DNA from: Candidatus Limnocylindria bacterium
GTDB lineage: Bacteria > Chloroflexota > Limnocylindria > QHBO01
Reading direction: 5' to 3'
NCBI GenBank assembly: GCA_046717345.1
Contig: JBKJVN010000093.1
Span: 1 to 46,654 of the forward strand
DNA length: 46,654 bases
A program made the position numbers and the translations under genes. The notes below the pieces were generated by a model that worked only from the letters and a program-made list of their open reading frames with translations, did no database searches and was not told where the DNA came from. Position 1 is the stretch's first letter; each line of letters begins with the position of its first letter. Positions 10,320-21,467 of this stretch are shown here, one piece after another.

Positions 10320-10738
10320 TCATCGACCACGTCGCGGTGGTCGTGCGCTCCATCGACGAGGCGCTGCCGCGATACCGGGAACTATTCGGCCTGGAGTCGT
10401 CTGACGGGGTGCGGCCGGTCGCCGCGCAGGGGGTTCGGATCTGCTTCCTGCCGACCGGCCCGGCTCCCGCCGCTCGCCTGGAGCTGATCGAGCCCACCGA
10501 CCTGGACAGCGGCGTGGCCCGCTTCCTCGACTCGCGGGGCGAGGGGCTCCACCACGTCTGCTTCGGGACGACGACCCTGGTCCAGGAGCTGGCCCGCCTG
10601 GAATCCGCCGGGGCCGAGCTGGTGGACCACGTCCCGCGTCCCGGCGCCGAGGGGCCAGTGGCCTTCATCCACCCGCGAACCCTCAACGGGGTCCTGTGGG
10701 AGCTCCTCGAGCGCGGGACAGCGGAGGACGGCGGCTAG
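10316..10738 (+). CDS. Methylmalonyl-CoA epimerase (VOC fold)
   Basis: IDHVAV, LELIEP, RGEGLHH, FIHPR..NGVL.EL; GTGA overlap with the mutase. Confidence 0.9.
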
Positions 10739-11613
10739 GCCACCCCGGCTTCGCGGAGGAGTGCCGGGATCTGGAGCGGGGAGTCGGCAACCCGTACCCC
10801 CGCGTCGCGCAGGGCGGTCCGCTTCGACTCCGCGGTCCCGGTCCCGCCCGAGATGATCGCCCCGGCGTGACCCATGCGCCGTCCCGGCGGCGCCGTGCGC
10901 CCGGCCACGAAAGCGGCCACCGGCTTGGACATCGTCTTTGCGATGTGCTCGGCCGCCCGTTCCTCCTCGTCGCCACCGATCTCGCCAATGAGCACGACCG
11001 CATCGGTCAGGGGGTCTGCCTCGAACATGGTCAGGATCTCGATGAAGCTGGTGCCCACGATCGGGTCGCCGCCGATCCCGACGCAGGTCGATTGACCGAT
11101 CCCTTCATCGGTCAAGGCCTCGACCACTTCGTAGGTCAAGGTGCCGGATCGGCTCACCAGACCCACCCGTCCCCGCCGATGAATGTTGCCGGGGATGATC
11201 CCGACCTTGGCCTCGCCGGGAGTCGTGGCGCCGGGGCAATTGGGACCGATGAGGCGGACGCCCTGGGCGCGCAGGACGTGGTACACGCGCAGCATGTCAA
11301 GCGCCGGGATGCCCTCGGTGATGCAGAAGATGAGGCCGATCCCGCTCGACGCGGCCTCGAAGATCGCGTCCGGAGCGAAGGCCGCCGGGACGTAGATGAC
11401 GCTCGTGTTGGCCCCCGTCCGGCCGACCGCCTCGGCGACCGTGTCGAAGATGGGGACCCGGCCGTTGAACGTCTCCTGGCCGCCCTTGCCGGGGGTGACT
11501 CCCGCCACCACCTGCGTTCCGTAGTTGAGCATGGCCTGGCCGTGGAACTGACCCTCGCGGCCGGTGACGCCCTGGATCAGGAGTCGCGTGTCGCGATCGA
11601 CGAGGATGCTCAT
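10735..11613 (-). CDS. sucD: Succinyl-CoA synthetase alpha subunit
   Basis: [40 protein letters not shown] phospho-His motif. Confidence 0.97.
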   Translation of the reverse strand: MSILVDRDTRLLIQGVTGREGQFHGQAMLNYGTQVVAGVTPGKGGQETFNGRVPIFDTVAEAVGRTGANTSVIYVPAAFAPDAIFEAASSGIGLIFCITEGIPALDMLRVYHVLRAQGVRLIGPNCPGATTPGEAKVGIIPGNIHRRGRVGLVSRSGTLTYEVVEALTDEGIGQSTCVGIGGDPIVGTSFIEILTMFEADPLTDAVVLIGEIGGDEEERAAEHIAKTMSKPVAAFVAGRTAPPGRRMGHAGAIISGGTGTAESKRTALRDAGVRVADSPLQIPALLREAGVA

Positions 11614-12752
11614 CGGCCCTCGCCGGCCGTGGCCGCGGCGACGGCCATGGCTGCCGCCTCGTCCAGGGTGTAGGCCGTCTGCAGGTCCGCCGATTCGAGG
11701 ATGAACGCCGCCTCGTCGGCGTTGGTGCCCACGATTCGGACCACCATCGGCACCTGGCGCTCCAACCCCGCCCGGGCCTCGACGATGCCCTGCGCCACCT
11801 CGTCGCCCCGCGTGATGCCGCCGAAGATGTTGATCAGGACGGCGCGGACGTTGGGGTCGGCGAGGATGATCCGGAACGCGGCCGCCACCCGCTCGTGTCG
11901 TGCCCCGCCGCCGATGTCCAGGAAGTTCGCGGGCTCGCCTCCGGCCAACTTGACCAGGTCCATGGTGGCCATGGCCAACCCGGCGCCGTTGACCATGCAG
12001 CCGATGGTGCCGTCGAGCTTGATGTAGCTGATGCCGGCCTCGCGGGCTGCGGCCTCGGCCGGCTCCTCCTCGGCCGGGTCGCGCAGCTGCTCGAGGTCGG
12101 GATGCCGGGCCAATCCGGAGTCGTCCAGGACCATCTTGGCGTCCAGCGCCACCAGCCCGTCGGAGGTGAGCGCCAGCGGGTTGATCTCGGCCAGCTCCGC
12201 ATCGGTCTGCACGAAGGCCCCCACCAGGCCGGTCAGGGTGGTGGCGAAGGTCGCCCGATGTGCCTCGGGAATGGCCAGGAAGAAGCTGACCGCGCGGACG
12301 TTGTGGGGCTGGAGCCCGATGAGCGGGTGCAGCGGCAGGCGCAGGACCGCCGCCGGATCGGTCTGCGCCACATCCTCGATGTCGATCCCACCCTCGGCGC
12401 TGGCAATGACGGTCACGGCCCTGGCGGCTCGGTCCAGGATGACGGCGAGGTAGTACTCGTGGGCGATGACGACGGATGGCGTCACGAGGACCGTGTGGAC
12501 CGGCGCCCCGGCGATCCGCAGCTCCAGGATCTCGGCCGCCCGCGCCTCGGCCTCGGCCGGGTCGGCCGCCAGCTTGACGCCGCCGGCCTTGCCCCGTCCG
12601 CCGGCGAGTACCTGCGCCTTGACGACCACCGGCACCCCGAGCCGCTCAGCCGCCGCGCGGGCTGCGGCCGGCGTGGTCGCGATCTCGCCGGGGAGCGTGG
12701 GGATGCCGTGGCGGGCGAGGATCTCCTTGCTGCGGAACTCCTGGAGCTTCAC
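11610..12752 (-). CDS. sucC: Succinyl-CoA synthetase beta subunit
   Basis: [44 protein letters not shown]; start set at GTG 12752. Confidence 0.96.
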   Translation of the reverse strand: MKLQEFRSKEILARHGIPTLPGEIATTPAAARAAAERLGVPVVVKAQVLAGGRGKAGGVKLAADPAEAEARAAEILELRIAGAPVHTVLVTPSVVIAHEYYLAVILDRAARAVTVIASAEGGIDIEDVAQTDPAAVLRLPLHPLIGLQPHNVRAVSFFLAIPEAHRATFATTLTGLVGAFVQTDAELAEINPLALTSDGLVALDAKMVLDDSGLARHPDLEQLRDPAEEEPAEAAAREAGISYIKLDGTIGCMVNGAGLAMATMDLVKLAGGEPANFLDIGGGARHERVAAAFRIILADPNVRAVLINIFGGITRGDEVAQGIVEARAGLERQVPMVVRIVGTNADEAAFILESADLQTAYTLDEAAAMAVAAATAGEGR

Positions 12753-12826
12753 GGCCCGGAGCGTACCCGACCCGCCGCGCGGTCGACCGGCCACCGGACG
12801 CGAGCCGGGCTGCCTACACTTGGGAC

Positions 12827-13849
12827 GTGACCTACCAGGTGACCCTCATCCCCGGTGACGGGATCGGGCCCGAGATCTCGGCCGCCGCCCGCGAGGTGCT
12901 CGAGGCCACGGGAGTGGCCTTCGAGTGGGACGAACAGACCGCCGGAGAGGCCACCCTGGCCAGCGAGGGCAATCCGCTGCCGGATCGCGTCATCGACAGC
13001 GTGCGACGCACCAAGGTCGCCCTCAAAGGGCCGATCACGACCCCGGTGGGAATGGGATTCCGCAGCGTCAACGTCGCCCTGCGCCAGGCATTGGCCCTGT
13101 ACGCCAACGTGCGACCCGCCCGCAGCTTCATCGGCGTCGCGTCCCGCTATTCCGACGTCGACCTGGTCATCGTCCGCGAGAACACCGAGGACCTGTACGC
13201 GGGTATCGAGCGTGCGGTCAGCGCCGACCACGCGGAGAGCACCAAGATCATCACCCGTGGCGCGTCCGAGCGGATCGCCCGCTACGCGTTCGAGTACGCA
13301 GTGCGGAACGGGCGGAAGGTCGTCACCGCCGTCCACAAGGCGAACATCATGAAGCTCACCGACGGCCTGTTCCTGGACAGCTGCCGGCGGGTGGCGGCGG
13401 ACTACGAGGGGCGGATCGGGTTCCAGGATCGGATCGTGGACAACATGTGCATGCAGCTGGTCCAGAAGCCCGAAGCGTATGACGTCCTGGTGGCCCCCAA
13501 CCTGTACGGGGACATCATCAGCGACCTGACCGCGGGCCTGGTCGGTGGGCTGGGCCTCGCCCCGGGCGCGAACATCGGGGAGGAGGCGGCCGTCTTCGAG
13601 GCGGTCCATGGGTCGGCCCCGAAGTACGCCGGCCAGGACCGGGCAAACCCGACCGCGCTCATCCTGTCCGGCGCGCTCCTCCTCCGCCACATCGGCGAGA
13701 CGGCGGCCGGCGCGGCGGTCGAGGAGGCCGTTCGGGCGGTCATCGGTGAGGGAGCCATCCGGACCGCCGACCTGGGTGGGACGTCCGGGACCCGCGCCTA
13801 CGGCCAGGCGGTGGCGGCCCGGGTCCAGGCCCTGAGATCCGCCGCATGA
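12827..13849 (+). CDS. icd: Isocitrate dehydrogenase (isocitrate/isopropylmalate DH family)
   Basis: IPGDGIGPE, KGPITTP.G.GFRSVN isocitrate loop, RENTE, HKANIMK, NLYGDIISD, FEAVHGSAP; TCA gene context. Confidence 0.88.
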   Translation: MTYQVTLIPGDGIGPEISAAAREVLEATGVAFEWDEQTAGEATLASEGNPLPDRVIDSVRRTKVALKGPITTPVGMGFRSVNVALRQALALYANVRPARSFIGVASRYSDVDLVIVRENTEDLYAGIERAVSADHAESTKIITRGASERIARYAFEYAVRNGRKVVTAVHKANIMKLTDGLFLDSCRRVAADYEGRIGFQDRIVDNMCMQLVQKPEAYDVLVAPNLYGDIISDLTAGLVGGLGLAPGANIGEEAAVFEAVHGSAPKYAGQDRANPTALILSGALLLRHIGETAAGAAVEEAVRAVIGEGAIRTADLGGTSGTRAYGQAVAARVQALRSAA

Positions 13850-14247
13850 CGTTCGCGTCGCGGCTGGCCCGGGCCCAGGCCCGCGTGGTCAGCTACCGGG
13901 TCTCCTGGGCCCAGCTGGCCTGGTTCGGCCATCGGATGTCGGGGATCGGTATCCTCGTCTACCTGTTCATCCATATCGTCGAGACGTCGACGGTGACCCT
14001 CGGTCCCGACGTGTACGACGCCACGCTGGGCCTGTTCCGCAACCTCCCCGTCCGTCTCGGCGAGATCGTGCTCATGGCGGCCCTCGTGTACCACTCTCTC
14101 AACGGGCTGAAGGTCATCCTCCTGGACTTCTTCCCGGCCACGACGACGTGGTACCGCCCGCTGACCTACGGGGTGGTCATCGCCACCCTGACGGCCATGA
14201 TCCCGCTGTCCATCCTGATGTTGGCCCCATACGCGCCGTGGTGGTGA
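13846..14247 (+). CDS. sdhC: Succinate dehydrogenase cytochrome b subunit
   Basis: HRMSG, three TM helices, YHSLNGLKVIL.D. Confidence 0.9.
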   Translation: MTFASRLARAQARVVSYRVSWAQLAWFGHRMSGIGILVYLFIHIVETSTVTLGPDVYDATLGLFRNLPVRLGEIVLMAALVYHSLNGLKVILLDFFPATTTWYRPLTYGVVIATLTAMIPLSILMLAPYAPWW

Positions 14248-14251
14248 TCCG

Positions 14252-14689
14252 ATGAGCGTGGGCCGCACCGTCTGGCTCGGCAACCCGCCGGCCCGCAAGC
14301 CGCGCCCGGTTGGCCCGGGCCGCGAGCGGTTCTGGTGGTGGTTCATGCGGCTCAGCGGCCTGGCCCTCGTCTTCCTGGCCCTGGGCCACATGCTGATCAT
14401 GCATGTCCTGGTCCAGCTGTCCGGCCAGGAGGTCAATTTTGCGTTCGTGACGAGTCGCTGGGGGACCCCGTTCTGGCGCATCTACGACGCGCTGCTGCTG
14501 GTCCTGGCGCTGGTCCACGGCGTGAACGGGGCGCGGGTGGTCATCACCGATCTCGTGCCGCGCGGATCCGTTCGGACCCTGCTCGTGGGCGGCCTGGGGC
14601 TGCTCGCGGTGGCCTGGCTGCTGCTCGGGCTGTTCGTGGTCGTGTTCTTCAACCCGGACCAGGCGCCCGCCGTCGGCCCGTTCTCGTGA
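14252..14689 (+). CDS. sdhD: Succinate dehydrogenase membrane anchor subunit
   Basis: W.FMRLSG, H, RW..P.W..YD, HG.NG motifs. Confidence 0.9.
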   Translation: MSVGRTVWLGNPPARKPRPVGPGRERFWWWFMRLSGLALVFLALGHMLIMHVLVQLSGQEVNFAFVTSRWGTPFWRIYDALLLVLALVHGVNGARVVITDLVPRGSVRTLLVGGLGLLAVAWLLLGLFVVVFFNPDQAPAVGPFS

Positions 14690-14699
14690 GCGGCCGCCC

Positions 14700-16490
<1,791 letters not shown>

Positions 16491-16493
16491 CCG

Positions 16494-17195
16494 ATGGACG
16501 TCCAGCTGCGAATCCGGCGATTCAACCCGGAGGCGGACGCGGAGCCTCACTGGGAGTCCTACGCCCTGCAGGCCGAGCCATCGGACCGCGTGCTCGACCT
16601 GCTGCACCAGGTGAAGTGGTTCCAGGACGGGACGCTGACCTTCCGCCGGTCATGCGCCCACGGGGTGTGCGGATCGGACGCGATGCTGATCAACGGCCGC
16701 AACCAGTTGGCCTGCGCGGTTCTCATCCGTGACGCGGGCACCAGCATCTCGGTCGAGCCGATGCGCGGACTGCCGGTGGTCAAGGACCTGCTGGTTGACC
16801 AGGAGGGGTTCTGGGAGAAGTACCGCGCCGTCATGCCCTATTTGGTCAACGACGAGGTGCCGGAGGACGGAGGGGAACGCCGCCAATCACCCGCCGAACG
16901 GGCCGCGTTCGAGGACACCAGCCGCTGCATCCTGTGTGCGGCGTGCACGACCGCCTGCCCCGTGTTCTGGACCAACCCGGCCTACGTGGGTCCGGCGGCC
17001 ATCGTGAACGCTCATCGGTTCATCTTCGACAGCCGCGACACCGCCCACGCCGAGCGCCTGGAGATCATGGCCGATGCGGATGGCGTATGGCGATGCCGGA
17101 CCGTGTTCAACTGCGTCGAGGCCTGCCCGCGCGGCATTAACGTCACCCGCGCCATCATGGAGGTGACGCGCGCCATCGGGGAGCGGCCTGCATGA
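16494..17195 (+). CDS. sdhB: Succinate dehydrogenase iron-sulfur subunit
   Basis: SCAHGVCGSD, CILCAACTTACP, CRTVFNCVEACP. Confidence 0.97.
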   Translation: MDVQLRIRRFNPEADAEPHWESYALQAEPSDRVLDLLHQVKWFQDGTLTFRRSCAHGVCGSDAMLINGRNQLACAVLIRDAGTSISVEPMRGLPVVKDLLVDQEGFWEKYRAVMPYLVNDEVPEDGGERRQSPAERAAFEDTSRCILCAACTTACPVFWTNPAYVGPAAIVNAHRFIFDSRDTAHAERLEIMADADGVWRCRTVFNCVEACPRGINVTRAIMEVTRAIGERPA

Positions 17196-17599
17196 CCCGC
17201 CTGCTGATACACACCGATGGGGCGGCCCGCGGCAACCCGGGCCCGGCAGGCCTGGGGGCGGTGCTCCAGGATGCCGACACCGGGGAGACGGTTGCCGAGC
17301 TGGCGCGGTACCTTGGGGAGCAGACGAACAACGTGGCTGAGTGGACGGCCGTCCAGGACGCGCTGGAAGAGGCGCTGCGGCGGGGCGCGCGCCAGATCGA
17401 CCTGCGAACCGATTCGCAGCTGGTGGCGCGCCAGATCAGCGGGCGGTACCGGGTCAAGCATCCCAACCTCAAGCCCATCCACGCCCGGGTCATGGGCTTG
17501 CTGGCGCAGTTCGACGCATACACGGTCGGGCACGTGCCGCGTGAGCGCAACCGCGAGGCCGACCGCCTCAGCAACGTCGCCATCGATCGGCGCGTATGA
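17192..17599 (+). CDS. rnhA: Ribonuclease HI
   Basis: TDGAARGNPGPAG, TNNVAE, DSQLV, HVPRE.N..AD.L. Confidence 0.92.
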   Translation: MTRLLIHTDGAARGNPGPAGLGAVLQDADTGETVAELARYLGEQTNNVAEWTAVQDALEEALRRGARQIDLRTDSQLVARQISGRYRVKHPNLKPIHARVMGLLAQFDAYTVGHVPRERNREADRLSNVAIDRRV

Positions 17600-17605
17600 T
17601 GCGGG

Positions 17606-17921
17606 CCCTGGAGGCGGCCGGACGGCCGCGGACGCGATCGTCGAAAGGCGGCGTTCGAGGAAAGTCCGAGCTCCACAGAGCAGGTTCGCGGGTAACACCC
17701 GTCCGCCGCAAGGCGAGGACCAGCGCCACAGTGACGATGCCCGCGCAAGCGGGAGTGAAACGGGCAAGCTCGAGCCGGAGCAAGACCGAATAGGAGGGCG
17801 CAAGGCGGCTCTCGGGCCGCAGCAGGTGGCTCGCTCAGCCCTCGGGTAGGTCGCCCAGATGGATGGCCGTCCCCGGACCTCGGTCCGGGACAGAACTCGG
17901 CTTACAGGCCGCTCTCCAGGG
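17606..17921 (+). ncRNA. rnpB: RNase P RNA
   Basis: GAGGAAAGTCC at 17657, ACAGAACTCGGCTTA at 17890, P1 pairing ccctggag/ctccaggg; TATGAT -10 at 17595-17600. Confidence 0.96.
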
Positions 17922-17923
17922 AT

Positions 17924-18160
17924 TCAGTCCTCGTCCGCGCGCCAGATGCCCTTCGCGGTGCAGGCGTTGCAGATCGGCCTGGCCTCCGCGAACGTGCCCA
18001 GCGGGAGTGGGTGATCCGGCCCACCCAGGAGGCAGCTGACGTCCACGGCGCGGCCGCCCGGGACCGGGGTGATAGCCACGTGACGCACGCTGCAGCGACG
18101 GATCTGTCCGGCGCGAGGGATCGGGATCCGCTGTGGCGCCTCGGTACGTTCGACCGCCAT
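17924..18160 (-). CDS. Small four-Cys protein (78 aa), possibly metal-binding
   Basis: C..C..CNAC pattern, GGAG upstream of ATG, stop abuts the rnpB 3' end. Confidence 0.65.
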   Translation of the reverse strand: MAVERTEAPQRIPIPRAGQIRRCSVRHVAITPVPGGRAVDVSCLLGGPDHPLPLGTFAEARPICNACTAKGIWRADED

Positions 18161-18273
18161 GAGGCTCCGAGCGTGCGCCGCACACAGGGTGGTGCTCAAT
18201 GGCGAGTTCGTACCAGGCGGAAAACTCGCTCGAGCCGTTCGAATCCGGATCGTCGGAGCAGTATCCTCGCATC

Positions 18274-19140
18274 ATGTTCAGGCGGGGCAACACGGCGGCG
18301 CAATCGGCGGCCGAGACCGAGCGTCAGGCGCTGTTCGAGAAACTCGCCTTGCGACCGGAGACCGTGTGCCCCTTCCTGGGGCTGGCCGCCTCCCGGGCGG
18401 ACTACCAGGAAAAGGCGACCGATGACCACCGCTGCTATGCCTTCGGCGACCCTGAGCCGATCTCCGGGGAGCAGCAGCGCAACGTCTGCCTCCAGCGGGG
18501 TTATGCCAACTGCCCACGCTACCTGCGTGGCGTGCTCGTCATCCCGACCGACGAGCTGGAGGCGCTCCGGAGGCCACACCAACGCGTGCCCCCACCGCTG
18601 CCACCCCCTCCCCGGCCGGCATCGGTGCCGGGAGGTGGGGGACGGCGAAGGACCGTCGTAGCTCTGCTCGTCCTGCTCCTGCTGGTCGGCGGAGGCGCCG
18701 GTGCATGGTGGGTGGTGGCCGGCCCCGGAGCGGTGTCGTTGGAGACACCGACTCCCATCCCGTCTCCCACGAGCGCGCCGATCCCGTCTGAGGCCGAGCC
18801 CTCGCCCTCCGTCACTCCATCCACGGCCCCGACGCCGGAACCCGGCGATGAATTCATCGGTTACGAAGTGACCGTCGAGGCGGGCATCAACGATGTCTTC
18901 CGCGTTGGTCAGAACGGGCAGATCCAGGACGAGTCGGAGGCCTTCTTCTCCGCTCGCAGTCAGGGGCCGGTCGACCGCGTGGTGGCCGACAACGGGCTCC
19001 TGCACTGGCGAGAAACTGAAGGGGAACTGGCTGGTTGGTCGTTCATCCGCGACCAGTCGGGCTCGTTCGGGATTCGCGAGGTGTACCGCGGATCCGACGG
19101 TTCGTTGCGCTACCTGGTGCTGCCTGAGGACGAGACCTAG
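18274..19140 (+). CDS. Bitopic membrane protein: N-terminal Cys/His cluster, Pro-rich linker, TM helix, extracytoplasmic domain
   Basis: CPFLG...HRC...VCL...CPRY, RRR followed by a hydrophobic helix, PT/PS linker; TATCCT 6 nt before ATG 18274. Confidence 0.8.
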   Translation: MFRRGNTAAQSAAETERQALFEKLALRPETVCPFLGLAASRADYQEKATDDHRCYAFGDPEPISGEQQRNVCLQRGYANCPRYLRGVLVIPTDELEALRRPHQRVPPPLPPPPRPASVPGGGGRRRTVVALLVLLLLVGGGAGAWWVVAGPGAVSLETPTPIPSPTSAPIPSEAEPSPSVTPSTAPTPEPGDEFIGYEVTVEAGINDVFRVGQNGQIQDESEAFFSARSQGPVDRVVADNGLLHWRETEGELAGWSFIRDQSGSFGIREVYRGSDGSLRYLVLPEDET

Positions 19141-19185
19141 ACCGAACCGATCCAGGTCCGCACCCCGAATTGGCCGAAAAAGTCC

Positions 19186-19260
19186 TTGACGGGGCTTCGT
19201 TGCCCTGTAAGATGGCGCCCTGTGGCTCAATGTGGGGCCAAATGGGGATCAATGGTAGGG
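19186..19260 (+). promoter_or_regulatory. dcw (mraZ) promoter with MraZ operator repeats
   Basis: TTGACG-N16-TAAGAT followed by five (G/A)TGG repeats at exact 10-bp period starting at 19212, 19222, 19232, 19242, 19252. Confidence 0.85.
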
Positions 19261-19267
19261 CCATCGA

Positions 19268-19717
19268 GTGGAGAGGACCCCGTTCCTTACTGGCGAGTAC
19301 CGCCACGCGCTGGACGACCGTGGTCGCATCGCGGTGCCGGTGCGGTTTCGGGCTCGCCTGTCGGAGGGCGCGACGCTCACCCGGTGGCTCGATGCCTGTC
19401 TCGCGGTCTTCCCGCGTGACGCGTGGGCCGAGCTGGCCGAGAAGCTCCGCGGCCTGCCATTGACCAGCACCAAGGCGCGGGAATTCGGCCGGTTCATGTC
19501 GTCGGGAGCGGTGGACGTGGAGCTCGACCGCCAGGGCCGTCTGCTCGTCCCGGGCTACCTCCGGACCTACGCCAGCCTGCAACCAGGCGAGGTGATCGTG
19601 GTCGGCGCTCTGAACCGACTCGAGATCTGGGCGCCGGCGGCCTGGGAGCCGTACCGCGCTCGAATCGAAGACGCCCCCGAGGCCCTGGCGGAGCAACTGC
19701 AGGACCTGGGGATCTAG
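19268..19717 (+). CDS. mraZ: Division/cell wall cluster transcriptional repressor MraZ
   Basis: FLTGEY.H.LDDRGRI.VP, ELDRQGR..VP, G..NRLEIW. Confidence 0.95.
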   Translation: MERTPFLTGEYRHALDDRGRIAVPVRFRARLSEGATLTRWLDACLAVFPRDAWAELAEKLRGLPLTSTKAREFGRFMSSGAVDVELDRQGRLLVPGYLRTYASLQPGEVIVVGALNRLEIWAPAAWEPYRARIEDAPEALAEQLQDLGI

Positions 19718-19810
19718 GGCCCGTGGCGCCATGACGCACGCCACGACCCGGCCATTCATGCGTCTCCGGGCCGCTCGGCCCGTCAACCGACCGCTAAGGG
19801 ACAGTCGCGC

Positions 19811-20764
19811 ATGGGAGAAGGGCACCTGCCGGTCCTCGTCGACGAGGTTCTCGCCTCGTTGGCTGTCAGTGCCGGCAGCTCCATCGCGGACTGCACGGTC
19901 GGTGGCGGTGGGCACGCCGAGCGACTTCTGGAGGCCGTGTCTCCGGACGGCCGCCTGCTCGGCCTCGATGCCGACCTGGCGGCCGTCCGCGAGGCGTCCC
20001 GCTTCCTGGCGCGCTTCGGGGACCGCGCCGTCATCCGCCACGCCAACTTCAGCAGCCTCGGGGAGGTGGCGCGCGCCGAGGGCATGGTTCCCCTCGACGG
20101 CGTCCTGTTCGACCTGGGCCTCTCGAGCTATCAGCTCGCCGATACGCGGCGCGGGTTCGCCTTCACGGCGGACGCGCCGCCGGACATGAGATTTGATGAA
20201 ACGACTGGTCCTTCGGCTCTGGGTCTCATCGATCGCTCCTCGGAGCGAGAGCTCACCCGAATCATCGCGACGCTTGGTGAAGAGCGCCATGCACGCCGCA
20301 TCGCGAAGGCGATCCTGGCGTCGCGTACGTCGGGCCGCCTCGTGACGGCGGCCGATCTGGCGTCCGTGGTGGCCGCCGCCGTCCCGGCCAGGGGGGCCGA
20401 CGCAGGACGGATCCACGCGGCCACCCGGACGTTCCAGGCCTTGCGGATAGCCGTCAACCAGGAGCTCGAGTCGCTGGAGGCGGGCCTCGCCGCGGCGCTC
20501 GAAGTTCTGCGGCCGGGCGGCCGAATGGCCGTCATCAGCTACCACTCGCTCGAGGACCGGGTCGTCAAGCGCTTCATGGCTCGCGAGGCGCGCGACTGCC
20601 TCGAGGTTCCGCTGCCCCCGGTCTGCACATGCGGACATGGGGCCCAGCTGCGAGCCGTGACGCGACGGGTCATCCGCCCGTCGCCGGAGGAGATCGACCG
20701 CAATCGCCGAGCGCGAAGCGCGCGGCTGCGTGCTGCCGAGAAGCTCGCGTCCGCGAGCGTCTAA
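19811..20764 (+). CDS. rsmH: 16S rRNA m4C1402 methyltransferase
   Basis: HLPVL, DCT.G.GGH, DLGLSS.QL, TFQALRIAVN.EL, ISYHSLEDR.VK, RARSA.LR. Confidence 0.96.
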   Translation: MGEGHLPVLVDEVLASLAVSAGSSIADCTVGGGGHAERLLEAVSPDGRLLGLDADLAAVREASRFLARFGDRAVIRHANFSSLGEVARAEGMVPLDGVLFDLGLSSYQLADTRRGFAFTADAPPDMRFDETTGPSALGLIDRSSERELTRIIATLGEERHARRIAKAILASRTSGRLVTAADLASVVAAAVPARGADAGRIHAATRTFQALRIAVNQELESLEAGLAAALEVLRPGGRMAVISYHSLEDRVVKRFMAREARDCLEVPLPPVCTCGHGAQLRAVTRRVIRPSPEEIDRNRRARSARLRAAEKLASASV

Positions 20765-20790
20765 CCGGGTTCACACGAAGGAGGGTGCAC

Positions 20791-21000
20791 ATGAGCCGAG
20801 GTCGTCCCCGACACCAAGGGAGTCGGCGCCGCGCCTACAGCGTGCGGCAGCGGGAGGTGCGCGAGCGTCGCGTGCGACTGGCGCACGACGACGGGGAGTG
20901 GATGATCGATGGGCTCAGCGTCACCGACGCCGAGCCTCCGGCTGAGACCCAGGAACCATCCTGGACCATCCGGCTTCACGGCACCGCATCGGCCGCCTGA
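20791..21000 (+). CDS. Small hypothetical protein (69 aa) with Arg-rich N-terminus and acidic C-terminus
   Basis: AAGGAGG RBS before ATG 20791; fills the rsmH-ftsL gap. Confidence 0.7.
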   Translation: MSRGRPRHQGSRRRAYSVRQREVRERRVRLAHDDGEWMIDGLSVTDAEPPAETQEPSWTIRLHGTASAA

Positions 21001-21015
21001 GTCGCATTCCGCAGC

Positions 21016-21432
21016 ATGGCAGTCATCGGCGCCCGCCCGGCCAGCGTCCTCGGCGACCTCCGCTGGGGCATCCGTCGAGCGCCACGTCCCCGGCCCGGAC
21101 CCACCACCGGGCGCTATCGGCTGCGCAGGACCGCCCTGCGCCGGCGTCGGGCGGCGGGGCTGTCGCTGGCATTGGTCGTCATCGGCGTGGCTGTTCTGCT
21201 GTCGTCGTTGTACTTGACCCAGTCGAGCCGGATCGCCAGCACTGGTTACGAGATCACCACCCTGGAGGCACGACTCGAGATCCTCCAGGCCGAGCGCCAG
21301 GAACTGCTGCTCCAGATCGGACGGGCGCAGTCGCCGGCCACCATTGAGGCCCGGGCCACGGAGCTTGGTCTGACCACGTTGTCCGGGGCATCGGTCCACT
21401 TCGCCAGCCCATTGTCTGATCGCCACCCGTAA
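21016..21432 (+). CDS. ftsL: FtsL-like cell division protein
   Basis: Basic N-tail, single TM, heptad coiled coil, SP..IE.RA.ELGL; directly before ftsI. Confidence 0.75.
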   Translation: MAVIGARPASVLGDLRWGIRRAPRPRPGPTTGRYRLRRTALRRRRAAGLSLALVVIGVAVLLSSLYLTQSSRIASTGYEITTLEARLEILQAERQELLLQIGRAQSPATIEARATELGLTTLSGASVHFASPLSDRHP

Positions 21433-21467
21433 CCGTCGCACGCCTCGGCGCGCGACCCGGAGACGCC

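Noticed and set aside
10933-10942. Half-sites of the palindrome (CGTCTTTGCG in sucD; also near 34595, 38600 and 46646)
   Set aside because: Only one arm is present and most lie in coding sequence; consistent with chance
19211-19260. 10-bp periodic TGG repeats as a novel element
   Set aside because: Matches the known MraZ operator architecture, so it is listed as a feature
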